Origin: an uncultured virus (IMG/VR IMGVR_UViG_2687453727_000003)
Taxonomy: Duplodnaviria; Heunggongvirae; Uroviricota; Caudoviricetes
Strand: one strand, 5' to 3'
IMG/VR virus record: IMGVR_UViG_2687453727_000003
DNA length: 59,556 nt
Made by a program: the position numbers and the translations under genes. The notes beneath the pieces are model-generated. The model was given only the letters and a program-made list of their open reading frames with translations. It was not told the origin of the DNA and made no database searches. Below, one piece after another: positions 1 to 11,126 of the stretch (positions within the stretch are counted from its first letter, which is position 1; each line of letters opens with the position of its first letter).

Positions 1-41
1 TAAATTAGCAAAGAAATTCATCACAATTGTATTAAAACGAT

Positions 42-1085
42 TCATTTTTTTATATATTCCTCGTAAGGGAACGGAACTATAATTTCTCCATCAACAACAT
101 TATAGTTTGTATTTTCAGTAGGACTTAAATTGTTAACTAAATTCATTCCAACATTATAGAATACTTCTGCTAAAACTTTAGGGTCTTGAATAACAGTACC
201 AGTCATAAATCCTTTATCAATTAGAGATTTTGCTTCAGGAATTCCATCAATTCCAACAACAGCTATATTTTTTGATTTTTCACCCTTATTATAGCCGTAT
301 TTTTGAAGTGCCTCAACTGCCCCTATTGCCATATCATCATTATTTGAAATTATTGCCTCAATTTTACCATCATATCTAAGAAATAAGGATTCAATAGAAT
401 CTTTAGATAAGGTCTTAAGCCAATTAGCATTTACTAATGCTAATTGTTCTATATTTATCCCTGAATTACTAATTGTTGAAATAGCATATTTTGTTCTGTC
501 GATTGTGACTGGATCTTTAGCTTGACCATGTAATAGAACATATTGTAGAATGTTATCATTATTTTTATCTAGTGCACTCTTATCAGCATTCCATAGATTA
601 ACTAGGATATTACCTTGAACAGTGCCAGCTAAATCAGAATTTGCCAGTATAAAAGCAGCTTTATCATAATATTTAGAAACTTTAGACACTACTTCCGGAT
701 CTACATCTAAAAAAACTATTGGAAGATTTTTTGATTTAACTTTAAAAATAATATCTTCAACAAAGTTTTCACTTGTATCAGCTAGGTTTGCCAAAATTAA
801 ATCGAAATCATTTTGAGAAACGTAATCTATTGTTTCATTTTGTAGCGCTATATTGTTTTTTCCATCAAAAAAAGTAAATTTGATTTTATCAGAATTATCC
901 TTTTGGATATTTTCTAAACTTTGTTTAAGTGATGACATAAATGGATCGAATGTATATAGTAATACGGCAACATTTGTTATATTTTTATTGTTTAAATTTA
1001 GGTCGTAAAATGTACTAATTTTAATAAATTTTACTGTAATATTCATTAATAGTACTATAACTAATACTTTTTTTAATATCCACAT
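42..1085 (-). CDS. Galactose/sugar ABC transporter substrate-binding protein (MglB-like)
   Basis: Motifs IEAIISNNDDMAIGAVEAL and VVGIDG...MTGTVIQDP; GGAGG RBS upstream. Confidence 0.85.
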   Translation of the reverse strand: MWILKKVLVIVLLMNITVKFIKISTFYDLNLNNKNITNVAVLLYTFDPFMSSLKQSLENIQKDNSDKIKFTFFDGKNNIALQNETIDYVSQNDFDLILANLADTSENFVEDIIFKVKSKNLPIVFLDVDPEVVSKVSKYYDKAAFILANSDLAGTVQGNILVNLWNADKSALDKNNDNILQYVLLHGQAKDPVTIDRTKYAISTISNSGINIEQLALVNANWLKTLSKDSIESLFLRYDGKIEAIISNNDDMAIGAVEALQKYGYNKGEKSKNIAVVGIDGIPEAKSLIDKGFMTGTVIQDPKVLAEVFYNVGMNLVNNLSPTENTNYNVVDGEIIVPFPYEEYIKK

Positions 1086-1137
1086 TATAATCCTCCATTT
1101 AGGGTATTAGATTTAATGATATGATTTTCTTCTATTT

Positions 1138-1458
1138 TTATGAAATGTATACATCACCATCACCAACGATTACAATTCTGTAATCAGCTTTAAATGGAAT
1201 TAAATTATATTTTTGTGAGTTAGGAGATAAATATAAAGCTTGAACCGCAAGAAAATTTTTATCGAATATAACTATATAAGCATTTTTATCAGTTGAAACA
1301 TTTTGAACATTATATGTATTAGTGTTTATAGCGAAGTTTTTTAAATCGTCTGGGGTATATACGCCTTGCTTGTATATATTGCTTGGAGTAGGATCAGCTA
1401 AAGCTAGAGCAGGAAAAACACATAATAAAATTAATAATACAGCTATAATTTTTTTCAT
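1138..1458 (-). CDS. Secreted hypothetical protein (~106 aa)
   Basis: Signal peptide MKKIIAVLLILLCVFPALALA; AAAGGTGG RBS supports a start at 1458 rather than 1506. Confidence 0.75.
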   Translation of the reverse strand: MKKIIAVLLILLCVFPALALADPTPSNIYKQGVYTPDDLKNFAINTNTYNVQNVSTDKNAYIVIFDKNFLAVQALYLSPNSQKYNLIPFKADYRIVIVGDGDVYIS

Positions 1459-1479
1459 TTCAAAGCCACCTTTCATACT

Positions 1480-1508
1480 TAGTATGGCATCAAATTTAAA
1501 TAACATTC
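1480..1508 (-). promoter_or_regulatory. SigG-like promoter for the 1138-1458 gene
   Basis: GAATG-N17-CATACTA on the minus strand, matching the GHATR-N17/18-CATAHTA consensus. Confidence 0.55.
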
Positions 1509-1716
1509 CTTAAATATCATTGTATGAAAAAAGTAAAAGCAGCAACTAGAAGGAATCTAATTACCGCTTTTTGTGAATTAATATTATGCCAGTACTGTTG
1601 AGACTACTAGTTTTTTAGGAAATACTATTATATAACTAATATATCACAAATAAAGGAAAGTGTGTAAATTAAATAGAAAGTAGTTTGACTTTTGTTAAAA
1701 TATGTTATGATGTAAT

Positions 1717-1802
1717 TGAGAGAGTTAAGAGAATATGTTGGGTGCTCATTTAAGCATTTCGAAATAAAGGGAGTAGGGAGAAATCTTTATTCCCTTTATT
1801 CA
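1717..1802 (+). ncRNA. Candidate structured small RNA, copy 1 of 3
   Basis: Extended -10 TGtTATGAT (1703-1711); stem GGGTGCT-CATTTA-AGCATTT; long GAAA-tetraloop hairpin; paralogues at ~55855 and ~56383; no ORF. Confidence 0.55.
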
Positions 1803-1932
1803 TTACTGTATTAATAGCAGTAGTTAGGAGAGCTTTAACTGCTGCTTTTTTATTAAAACCCAAAAGTAAAAAAAATAATTACATAGTGTTATAGATTACT
1901 ATAATTTTTAATAAAGAAAGGGACCGTACATA

Positions 1933-3392
<1,460 letters not shown>

Positions 3393-3619
3393 ATAAAGTA
3401 CAACCCCTTTTAAGTATATATACATATACGGACCAAGAATACCCAACCACTATTATTATATTGGAAATTCTAAGAAAAAGAACAAAGTATATTAATTTTA
3501 TATAGCGAAATCTTACATTTTAGTTATTAATTAATATTTCTCATAGCAAATAAAATTTTAGTAATAAAATAGGATGAAATTTGATAAACTATTAGGATGG
3601 TAAAAGGAGAAATATAGAA

Positions 3620-3823
3620 ATGTATAACTTATATGTAAGAAAAATAATTACGGCTATTATAGAAAGTGATTATAAAACTATAATGGTTTATAAGAGTAGA
3701 TTAGCAGATGAAGAAATAAATTTAATAAATGAAATTGCATGTGAATACAGAAAAACAATTATTTTTGCATTTGTGAAAGATATCATTTTTAATACTGATG
3801 AAACTATATTGATTATAGAATAA
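3620..3823 (+). CDS. Hypothetical protein
   Basis: 67-aa ORF with AAAGGAG RBS. Confidence 0.65.
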   Translation: MYNLYVRKIITAIIESDYKTIMVYKSRLADEEINLINEIACEYRKTIIFAFVKDIIFNTDETILIIE

Positions 3824-4044
3824 TAGTTTTATCATCATTAAAAGGGTAATATATATGATAAAAAATTTATTATATGGAACAAAAGACAGCAAACTATTAA
3901 TTAATTTACTGTCTTTTGGCAACCTGCCAAGCTATAAAAGATTAGCAATTATAGTATTAGTAAATTACCAATATTTATACTATGGATTATTTGGGATTTA
4001 TGTAATATAATATCTCATAATAACATCAAGGTGGTGATTTTATT

Positions 4045-4194
4045 ATGAAAGATGTAACTATAGATACAATCAAAGATACAATAAGAGATCTTCCAGAAGG
4101 GGAACAAGAAGTAATATTATACTTAACAGAAATATTTAAAGGTGAAGAAGAGACTATTAATGAGTATATTAAGAATGAATTAATAGATAGATAA
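4045..4194 (+). CDS. Small acidic protein, 49 aa (not in ORF track)
   Basis: MKDVTIDTIKDTIRDLPEGEQEVILYLTEIFKGEEETINEYIKNELIDR; AAGGTGG RBS; frame-preserving paralogue at 56952-57113. Confidence 0.75.
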   Translation: MKDVTIDTIKDTIRDLPEGEQEVILYLTEIFKGEEETINEYIKNELIDR

Positions 4195-5155
4195 TATGGA
4201 ACTTTTTATATTAGTATGATAAAATGATAGAGATCCATTGAAAAAAACAAAAGTACATACAAGAAATGCAGCCTTTGAGTTGGCTGTATTTTCATTTATA
4301 TCATAATATAGAAGAAGGTTTAATTAATATAGATTATTCTATAATGGTATGTTATTATGATTATATCCACTCTATTGTCAACAAACACCAATAAAGGGTA
4401 GATTAAGTAAAAATACTTAGTCTACCCTTTATTTTACACCAAAATAGAGATAGCGAAAGAATCAGGTGCATGACAGTAAAGCTATCTCTTTTTTATGTTT
4501 AAATCCATAGATTGGAGCAGTTATATTATTAGCATAACATTAAGATTATATACATTGATTATAAGAAAACAAAAAAGCAGTAGTATTATTAATGAGGATA
4601 AATTAAAAAACTGACTATACTGGAAAAGTTGAATGGTGACATTAAATAGAGTAATAGTCACTTATTTTCATGATAATATGCTTATATACCATAAACCCTA
4701 AAGCATACATATAAAAATGCAGCCATTGATTCGACCGCATTTTTTGTCACTATTTACTTTATTGAAATATAATGGTAAAATGTGAATGTAAGTATTTTAA
4801 TATATCTATATGTCAATAGCAGCAGGCAAGTTTTTTGTTTGTTGCTATTTGATTTTGAAGAATTGTTCAGTTAAAAGATATTTAATTCAGAAGAAAAAAA
4901 TATAAAAATAGATATCAGAGGAAACGGAGAACTGCTATCTATTTTTACATATTTAAATTTGGACATTTATATTATTTCTAAATAATTAAAAAATATCCAC
5001 TAAAATTAATACATACTAACAATAAAATTACTACTCAATTTATTCTAATATGACTTTCTTTTATAATACAGCTAATAATTTAAATCTTATTATATTTGAC
5101 AAAGTTACCAAATAATATACAATTATATTTAGAAGAACATTTAGGGGGAATAATA

Positions 5156-5569
5156 ATGAAAAAAATACTTAATATTTTATTATGCAGCTTATTACTATTT
5201 ACTATAGTAGGTTGTGGGAGCTCAGCAAAGAAATATACAGCTGAAGAATATGGAAATAAGCTAAAAGATGCTGGAGTTACTATTGAGAATATGGAAGTCA
5301 CAACTACCGAAAATGATAAAAATCAGTTGTTGGGTAGACCAAATCAATATACATCTAAAGTAACTTTTACCAATGGTAGTATAGAGGTATTTGCTAATAA
5401 GGAAGACGCCACTAATAGAAAAGAATACATTGATAATATTGGTAAGAAAATGCCTTTAGTAGCTGAATATAACTACGCAAATGATACAGGAGCATTATTA
5501 AGACTTGATAAAAAATTAAATCCAGATGAGGCTAAAAAATATGAAGATGCATTTATGAAAATTAAATAA
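5156..5569 (+). CDS. Lipoprotein
   Basis: Lipobox IVGC; GGGGGA RBS supports a start at 5156. Confidence 0.8.
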   Translation: MKKILNILLCSLLLFTIVGCGSSAKKYTAEEYGNKLKDAGVTIENMEVTTTENDKNQLLGRPNQYTSKVTFTNGSIEVFANKEDATNRKEYIDNIGKKMPLVAEYNYANDTGALLRLDKKLNPDEAKKYEDAFMKIK

Positions 5570-5634
5570 TATTCTATATGCTAGGATTAATTTCCTAGCT
5601 TTATTTTTATGTATAAAAATATTTTAAAATAATT

Positions 5635-5709
5635 AAAAAAGCGGCAGCCATAGCTGCCACCAGTCCATTTTGCATAATTAGTATAACTCAAATTTATTAA
5701 TAAGGTCAA
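5635..5709 (-). ncRNA. Candidate ultra-short (~40 nt) sigmaA RNA with its promoter
   Basis: TTGACC-N18-TATACT, then GCAAAATGGACT, a GC hairpin and T6; paralogue at 57333-57406. Confidence 0.5.
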
Positions 5710-5759
5710 GAAGAGATATGTAGTTGTTTTATTAATATTACTTATATTAAAGGAGTGAA

Positions 5760-6023
5760 ATGTTTATGTCTAATTTTAGTATTAATGATAATCCATTTGG
5801 AATGATATTAATTATCTTTCCACTACTTACATTTATAATATCTCTAATTTTACAACTTTTAATTAAGAAAAAAGTAATTATTTTAAGTATTATTTTTATA
5901 GGGTATTTAATTGCTACATTTACTTTATTTAATTCAACTTTCCTAATATGGTGTTTTGTTTATACGGGTATATCATTAATCGGAACATTTAGTGCAGATT
6001 TAATTCTTAAACATAAGAGATAG
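5760..6023 (+). CDS. Small membrane protein (DUF2651/YbeF-like)
   Basis: Three hydrophobic segments; AAGGAG RBS. Confidence 0.7.
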   Translation: MFMSNFSINDNPFGMILIIFPLLTFIISLILQLLIKKKVIILSIIFIGYLIATFTLFNSTFLIWCFVYTGISLIGTFSADLILKHKR

Positions 6024-6199
6024 CTTACTTTATAATTTCTTTATAAATAGTAGATATATTACAATCGGTAATACTTATATTTATTAATTCTCATTAAACA
6101 CCATAATTTACTTGATATTATCAATCTCTATATTAAAGGAATTTAGAAGAAAATGTAGAAATTAAAGTATTGAAAGTAAAATTTAAGGGGGATGTTTTA

Positions 6200-6637
6200 A
6201 TGAAGAACTTTAAGAGATTGATAGCTAGTTTTGTTACATTAATAACAATATTAGCAGCAACACCGTTAGCAGCACATGCAGAATGGAAAAATAATTCTAA
6301 CGGATGGTGGTATACAGAAGGAAACTCATGGGCTACTGGATGGAGATACATAGATGGGAACTGGTATTATTTCTATTCTAATGGTTACATGGCTAAAGAT
6401 TGTTATATTGGAGATTATTATTTACGTGGAGATGGAGCGTGGACAACTCCTCCTTCAAAGAGTAGTAGTGGAAGTACGGCAAGCAATACTAATAATGATC
6501 AAAGTCAAACAGTGTATGTATCAAAGAATGGTATATATCATTCAAGTCCAACTGCACATGGTATGAAATATTATACTACTATGTCTTTAGCTGATGCTCA
6601 AAAGGCAGGGTATAGAGCTTGTGAAAAATGTTATTAA
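6200..6637 (+). CDS. Secreted cell-wall/choline-binding repeat protein with C-terminal Cys motif
   Basis: Signal peptide, GWWY...ATGWRYIDGNWYYF repeats, C-terminal AQKAGYRACEKC; SigH-like AAAGGAATTT...GTAGAAAT at 6135-6162. Confidence 0.85.
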   Translation: MKNFKRLIASFVTLITILAATPLAAHAEWKNNSNGWWYTEGNSWATGWRYIDGNWYYFYSNGYMAKDCYIGDYYLRGDGAWTTPPSKSSSGSTASNTNNDQSQTVYVSKNGIYHSSPTAHGMKYYTTMSLADAQKAGYRACEKCY

Positions 6638-6799
6638 TATAATAAAGGATAATATATAAAAAAATAGAGGTAGTACTAAATGTTTTTTTAGTACTATCCT
6701 CTATTTTTATTAGATGGAATAATTATGATTTCTTCAATAAATAATTATTGACACAATATAGAAAGAATATACAATAATAGTAGACAAAGGGGGATTAAA

Positions 6800-7759
6800 A
6801 TGACAAAAACTAAAAAAGTTATTAGCTTATTACTAACTTTATTATTTTCATTGTTTCTAATATCATGTGGGAAAAGTTCTCAAGTTAATAATGTTAATAA
6901 TACTAATAGTACAACAGCAGCTACTACAGAAACAAAAATAGAAACTCAAAAAACTTTAGAAGATTTAAAGATACATTATATAGATGTTGGACAAGGCGAT
7001 AGTGAATTAATTCAAATAGGAGATAAAAATATATTAATCGACGCAGGAACTAGTGATAAAAAGGCTTTAGATTATCTTAAATCAATTGGAATCACTACAA
7101 TAGATTATGCAATTGCAACTCATCCACATGAAGATCATATAGGTAGCATGGATGATGTTATCAATAATTTAAAAGTTGGAACTTTTTATGCACCTAAAGC
7201 AACAACAACAACTAAGACATTTGAGAATATGGTAGATGCTTTAAAAAACAAAAACTTGAAAATGAATGTACCAAAAGTAGGAGATCAAATTACGGTAGGA
7301 GACGCAACATTAACATTTTTAGCTCCTAATAGTGCTAAGTATGAAGATTTAAATAATTATTCTATTGTCTGCAAATTAAAATACGGTAATAATTCATTTA
7401 TATTTATGGGAGATGCGGAAGATGTAAGTGAGGGGGAGATACTACAAAAACAATTAGATATACAGGCTGATGTTCTAAAGGTTGGGCATCACGGAAGTCA
7501 TTCGTATACAACTCAAGCATTTTTAGATAAAGTAAACCCTAAATATGCAGTTATAAGTTGTGAAAAAGGTAATGATTATGGACACCCACACGAAGAAACT
7601 TTAGATAAACTAAATGCTAAAAATATTAATGTATTTAGAACAGATTTAGAGGGAACAGTAATAGCAACAAGTGATGGAACAAATATAACATTCAATGTTA
7701 AGCCAGTTGATAAGGCTAATGACATAGCTCCTAAAAAAACTAATAAAAAAGATAATTAA
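6800..7759 (+). CDS. ComEC/Rec2-type metallo-beta-lactamase-fold lipoprotein
   Basis: Lipobox LISC; DVGQGD, THPHEDHIG, KVGHHGS, YGHPH; paralogue of 58615-59556. Confidence 0.9.
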   Translation: MTKTKKVISLLLTLLFSLFLISCGKSSQVNNVNNTNSTTAATTETKIETQKTLEDLKIHYIDVGQGDSELIQIGDKNILIDAGTSDKKALDYLKSIGITTIDYAIATHPHEDHIGSMDDVINNLKVGTFYAPKATTTTKTFENMVDALKNKNLKMNVPKVGDQITVGDATLTFLAPNSAKYEDLNNYSIVCKLKYGNNSFIFMGDAEDVSEGEILQKQLDIQADVLKVGHHGSHSYTTQAFLDKVNPKYAVISCEKGNDYGHPHEETLDKLNAKNINVFRTDLEGTVIATSDGTNITFNVKPVDKANDIAPKKTNKKDN

Positions 7760-8012
7760 ATTTATAAATCAGTAGTCATTATGTCTGCTGATTTTTTATA
7801 TCCATATATTAATATTCTATAAAATAAATACAAATATAATTATGGGAAAATCATTAAGTTTCTATCATTTCATTTCGATAATTTGCATTATGTAATAATA
7901 TATTTTCTGGATAAAAACATATGAATTTAAAGAAAATAAATGATTATATGGAAAAAGTAAGAGGAAAATTTTCTTTACAAGATAACGAAGGTTAAATATA
8001 ATATATTTATGA

Positions 8013-8024
8013 GAACGTATGTTT
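8013..8024. promoter_or_regulatory. LexA (SOS) box-like site
   Basis: GAACGTATGTTT matches Firmicute GAAC-N4-GTTY, just downstream of a TATAAT. Confidence 0.5.
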
Positions 8025-8139
8025 GCATAAGACGTGGATTTTATTAAAGGAATCGAGAAAATATTGAACTTAAGTATGGTAGAAGGATGTAAGTGGATAC
8101 TATTTAAAATATGGTAAAGTTTATTTTTCTAATAATGTT

Positions 8140-8343
8140 GTGATAAAAGGAATGATAGCTATGGTAATAAAAGATAAAGAATTAGATATAAATTTAGTAA
8201 GTGCTGTGGAGAAATATTTAAAACTAAATTACAGTGATCTATATAATAAGAATAATTTAGGAATAGTATTTGAAGAAGCTAAGGAAGATGATGAACTTAA
8301 GTTAAAAATATTTAATTCAATAAGAAGATTTATAATGAATTAA
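8140..8343 (+). CDS. Hypothetical protein
   Basis: ORF; AAAGGA RBS suggests a start at 8161. Confidence 0.6.
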   Translation: MIKGMIAMVIKDKELDINLVSAVEKYLKLNYSDLYNKNNLGIVFEEAKEDDELKLKIFNSIRRFIMN

Positions 8344-8531
8344 CGTAAAAAGATATTTAATAACAAATTATCATTAGAAATTATATATTATGTTAAAATC
8401 AAATTGAAGATTTAGAGTTTTCTTAGAAATCACCCAATAACGTAATGTGATATTTTATATCAGTATTCGTTATTGGGATAAGTATATAGAAATTTTTATA
8501 GTAAATAAATTTATAATTCCTGGTATAGGAG

Positions 8532-8759
8532 ATGACACATATGATAAGAATTTGTTTATCTAGAGTATTAGGGGAAAAAAGATGGACTCAAGCTTATTTG
8601 GCTAAAAAAACTGAAATAAGGCCTAATACTATTTCGGAACTTTATCATGAATTAAATAATAGGGTGAATTTAGATCATATTGATAAAATATGTGAAGTGG
8701 TAGGATGTGATCTTACAGATATATTAAAATACGAACCTAATAAAAAGAAAACCGATTAA
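8532..8759 (+). CDS. Cro/C1-type HTH regulator
   Basis: WTQAYLAKKTEIRPNTISELY...IDKICEVVGCDLTDIL; upstream inverted repeat CCCAATAACG/CGTTATTGGG at 8433-8477. Confidence 0.85.
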   Translation: MTHMIRICLSRVLGEKRWTQAYLAKKTEIRPNTISELYHELNNRVNLDHIDKICEVVGCDLTDILKYEPNKKKTD

Positions 8760-8787
8760 TTCGTATTGCGAAAGTATTGGTTAATTA

Positions 8788-9874
8788 ACGTGAGTTCGAT
8801 GGAAAAATTTAAGGGATAAAAAATCCCATCAAAATGTTTTATTATATAAGTGCGACCAAATAAATAAAACAAAGGATGGGATTTTATGCAAAACTTATTA
8901 GTGGAAATATTTTATGATGTAGACAATTTTTGTATTGGATTTGAAAATTACTGTAAAAGTCATTTCCTAACGGAAAATAGCGACCGCAAATTTGCAATGA
9001 TTAAAAGTAAAACTTTATCATTAAGCGAAGTTATGACAATAACTATCTACTTTCATTTGTCAAATTACAGAACTTTTAAATCATACTATATTGAGCATGT
9101 GTCTACTGTTCTCAAACCGTATTTTCCTAAGCTTGTGAGCTACAATAGGTTTGTTGAATTAATGCAACAATCATTAGTTGCACTACTATTATACATGATG
9201 AAATTTAGAACTGGCAAGTGCACAGGAATTTCTTTTATCGATTCTACAACTTTGAATGTATGCCATAATAGAAGAATACACTCTCATAAGGTTTTTAAAG
9301 GAATTGCAGAACGTGGTAAAAGTTCAACGGGCTGGTTTTATGGTTTTAAGCTTCATCTTGTTGTTAACGATAAAGGGGATATTCTCTCTTTTTATCTAAC
9401 TCCGGGAAATGTAGATGATAGAGAAATTAAGACTATAGAAATATTAGCAAAAGATTTATTTGGAAAACTTTTTGGTGACAAAGGTTATTTATCTAAAAAG
9501 ATCTCCGATATTTTGTATTCCAAAGGCATTCAGCTTATAACAAAGATAAAGAAAAACATGAAAAATAAATTAATGTTAATGGAGGATAAAATTCTTCTTA
9601 GGAAAAGAGCTATCATTGAAACAATAAATGACCAACTAAAAAATATATGTCAGATAGAGCATAATCGACATAGAAGTTTTACTAATTTTGCGGTTAATAT
9701 AGTTTCAGGATTGATTTCATATAGTTTTCTTCCTAAGAAACCTTCTCTTAAGTTGGACAAATATCTAACTATGGAATAATTGGAATATCGAACCACAAGA
9801 TTACAAGGATACTTTTTTGCTTTTTTTCATAACCATATTTACCCATAAAATATTCTAGCTTTTCGAACTCACGT
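8788..9874 (+). mobile_element. IS982-family insertion sequence
   Basis: Terminal IR ACGTGAGTTCGA / TCGAACTCACGT; 6-bp TSD TAATTA at 8782-8787 and 9875-9880. Confidence 0.92.
8886..9779 (+). CDS. IS982-family transposase
   Basis: FIDST, GWFYGFKLHL, FGDKGY, RAIIETINDQLK. Confidence 0.95.
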   Translation: MQNLLVEIFYDVDNFCIGFENYCKSHFLTENSDRKFAMIKSKTLSLSEVMTITIYFHLSNYRTFKSYYIEHVSTVLKPYFPKLVSYNRFVELMQQSLVALLLYMMKFRTGKCTGISFIDSTTLNVCHNRRIHSHKVFKGIAERGKSSTGWFYGFKLHLVVNDKGDILSFYLTPGNVDDREIKTIEILAKDLFGKLFGDKGYLSKKISDILYSKGIQLITKIKKNMKNKLMLMEDKILLRKRAIIETINDQLKNICQIEHNRHRSFTNFAVNIVSGLISYSFLPKKPSLKLDKYLTME

Positions 9875-10101
9875 TAATTAGTAAATCTCTTGTATTTAGA
9901 TAATACGAGAGATTTTTTAGTTTGAATTTATAACGTTAGATTTGTATTTTGAAATTCGTAAAATTTGTACAACACGAACATTAATTCTAATATGCATCAT
10001 ATGAAGATTGAATAATGAGGTCCATAAAATAGTAGTTAGATACAAAATATGGTATAATATCCTAATATAGCAGAGGTAATAGGATGGAAGGAGTATAAAA
10101 T

Positions 10102-10779
10102 ATGAATGAACTATATTTAATGCAATTAGATTATTTATTAAGGCTCTTTATTGCTGCAATATGTGGGATGGCTATTGGATATGAAAGAAAGAATCGAATG
10201 AAAGAGGCTGGAATTAGAACACATTTTATTGTAGCTATAGGGGCAGCACTTATAATGATTATATCGAAATATGGATTTCAAGATCAGATAGGATGGCTCA
10301 ATATGTCTCTTGATCCATCACGTATAGCAGCTCAGGTTGTCACAGGAGTTGGATTCCTTGGTGCAGGGATAATTTTTATGCAAAAACAAACAATAGTAGG
10401 ATTAACAACGGCAGCAGGAGTTTGGGCTACAGCTGCTATAGGTTTAGCTATAGGTTCTGGACTTTATTTTGTTGGGATAGCAGCTACTGCTATTACTATA
10501 TTGGGACAAATACTTTTGCATGGTAAAATTAAATTTTTATCATCTCCAAGGACAGAGTCATTAGCGTTGCAGATTGTGGATGAGCCAGATGCTATTAAAT
10601 TTCTTCAAGAAATATTTGAAGATAATGAGATAACTATAATTAATTTAAAGAGCAAAAGAGATGAAAAATCCTTATTAATTGATTTGAAAATAGTGATAAG
10701 AATATATGAATCATTTAATATAATTAAATTCTTGAATATATTGCAAAGTAAAGATTTTGTAAAGTCTTTAGAATTTTAA
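10102..10779 (+). CDS. MgtC/SapB family membrane protein
   Basis: IGYER...AGIRTH, DPSRIAAQVVTGVGFLGAG, GLTTAAGVW. Confidence 0.92.
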   Translation: MNELYLMQLDYLLRLFIAAICGMAIGYERKNRMKEAGIRTHFIVAIGAALIMIISKYGFQDQIGWLNMSLDPSRIAAQVVTGVGFLGAGIIFMQKQTIVGLTTAAGVWATAAIGLAIGSGLYFVGIAATAITILGQILLHGKIKFLSSPRTESLALQIVDEPDAIKFLQEIFEDNEITIINLKSKRDEKSLLIDLKIVIRIYESFNIIKFLNILQSKDFVKSLEF

Positions 10780-11126
10780 GGGAAAATAAATTGTGCTAAT
10801 AAAGAATAAATTTAATGAAAATAATGGATATAAAAATACCGTAGTATTCAAAAATGAATTTGCGGTATTTTTTATAGTTTAAATATTATTTAACACTATG
10901 AACGTATGCAAATTTGTGTTCAGTGTATATTTAAAAATTTCTAAAATTACATATTTAGAAAAACTTTATATTTTTATACGCTTAAAATTAATAATAAAAT
11001 GTTATAGTATTTCTTATTTTGTTACTCTTCCACATAATATTAAGTGTTCATTAATGAATTATTAAACACTTAGACAATAAAGAGCATAATATAATCATAA
11101 GTTAATTTATGAACGGGGGAATATTA

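Larger units (their letters stand above)
3393..5000. repeat. Array of short promoter-hairpin terminator cassettes (left copy)
   Basis: Hairpins at ~3881-3917, 4263-4295, 4391-4436, 4445-4495, 4714-4746, 4815-4850 and 4905-4946, several followed by minus-strand G(T/G)ATA-N17/18-nATAnTA promoter-like sequences. Confidence 0.55.

Noticed and set aside
10895..11060. TGAAC/GTTCA inverted motifs as an att site
   Set aside because: More likely operators of the adjacent HTH gene; the ATPase fragment marks the junction better.
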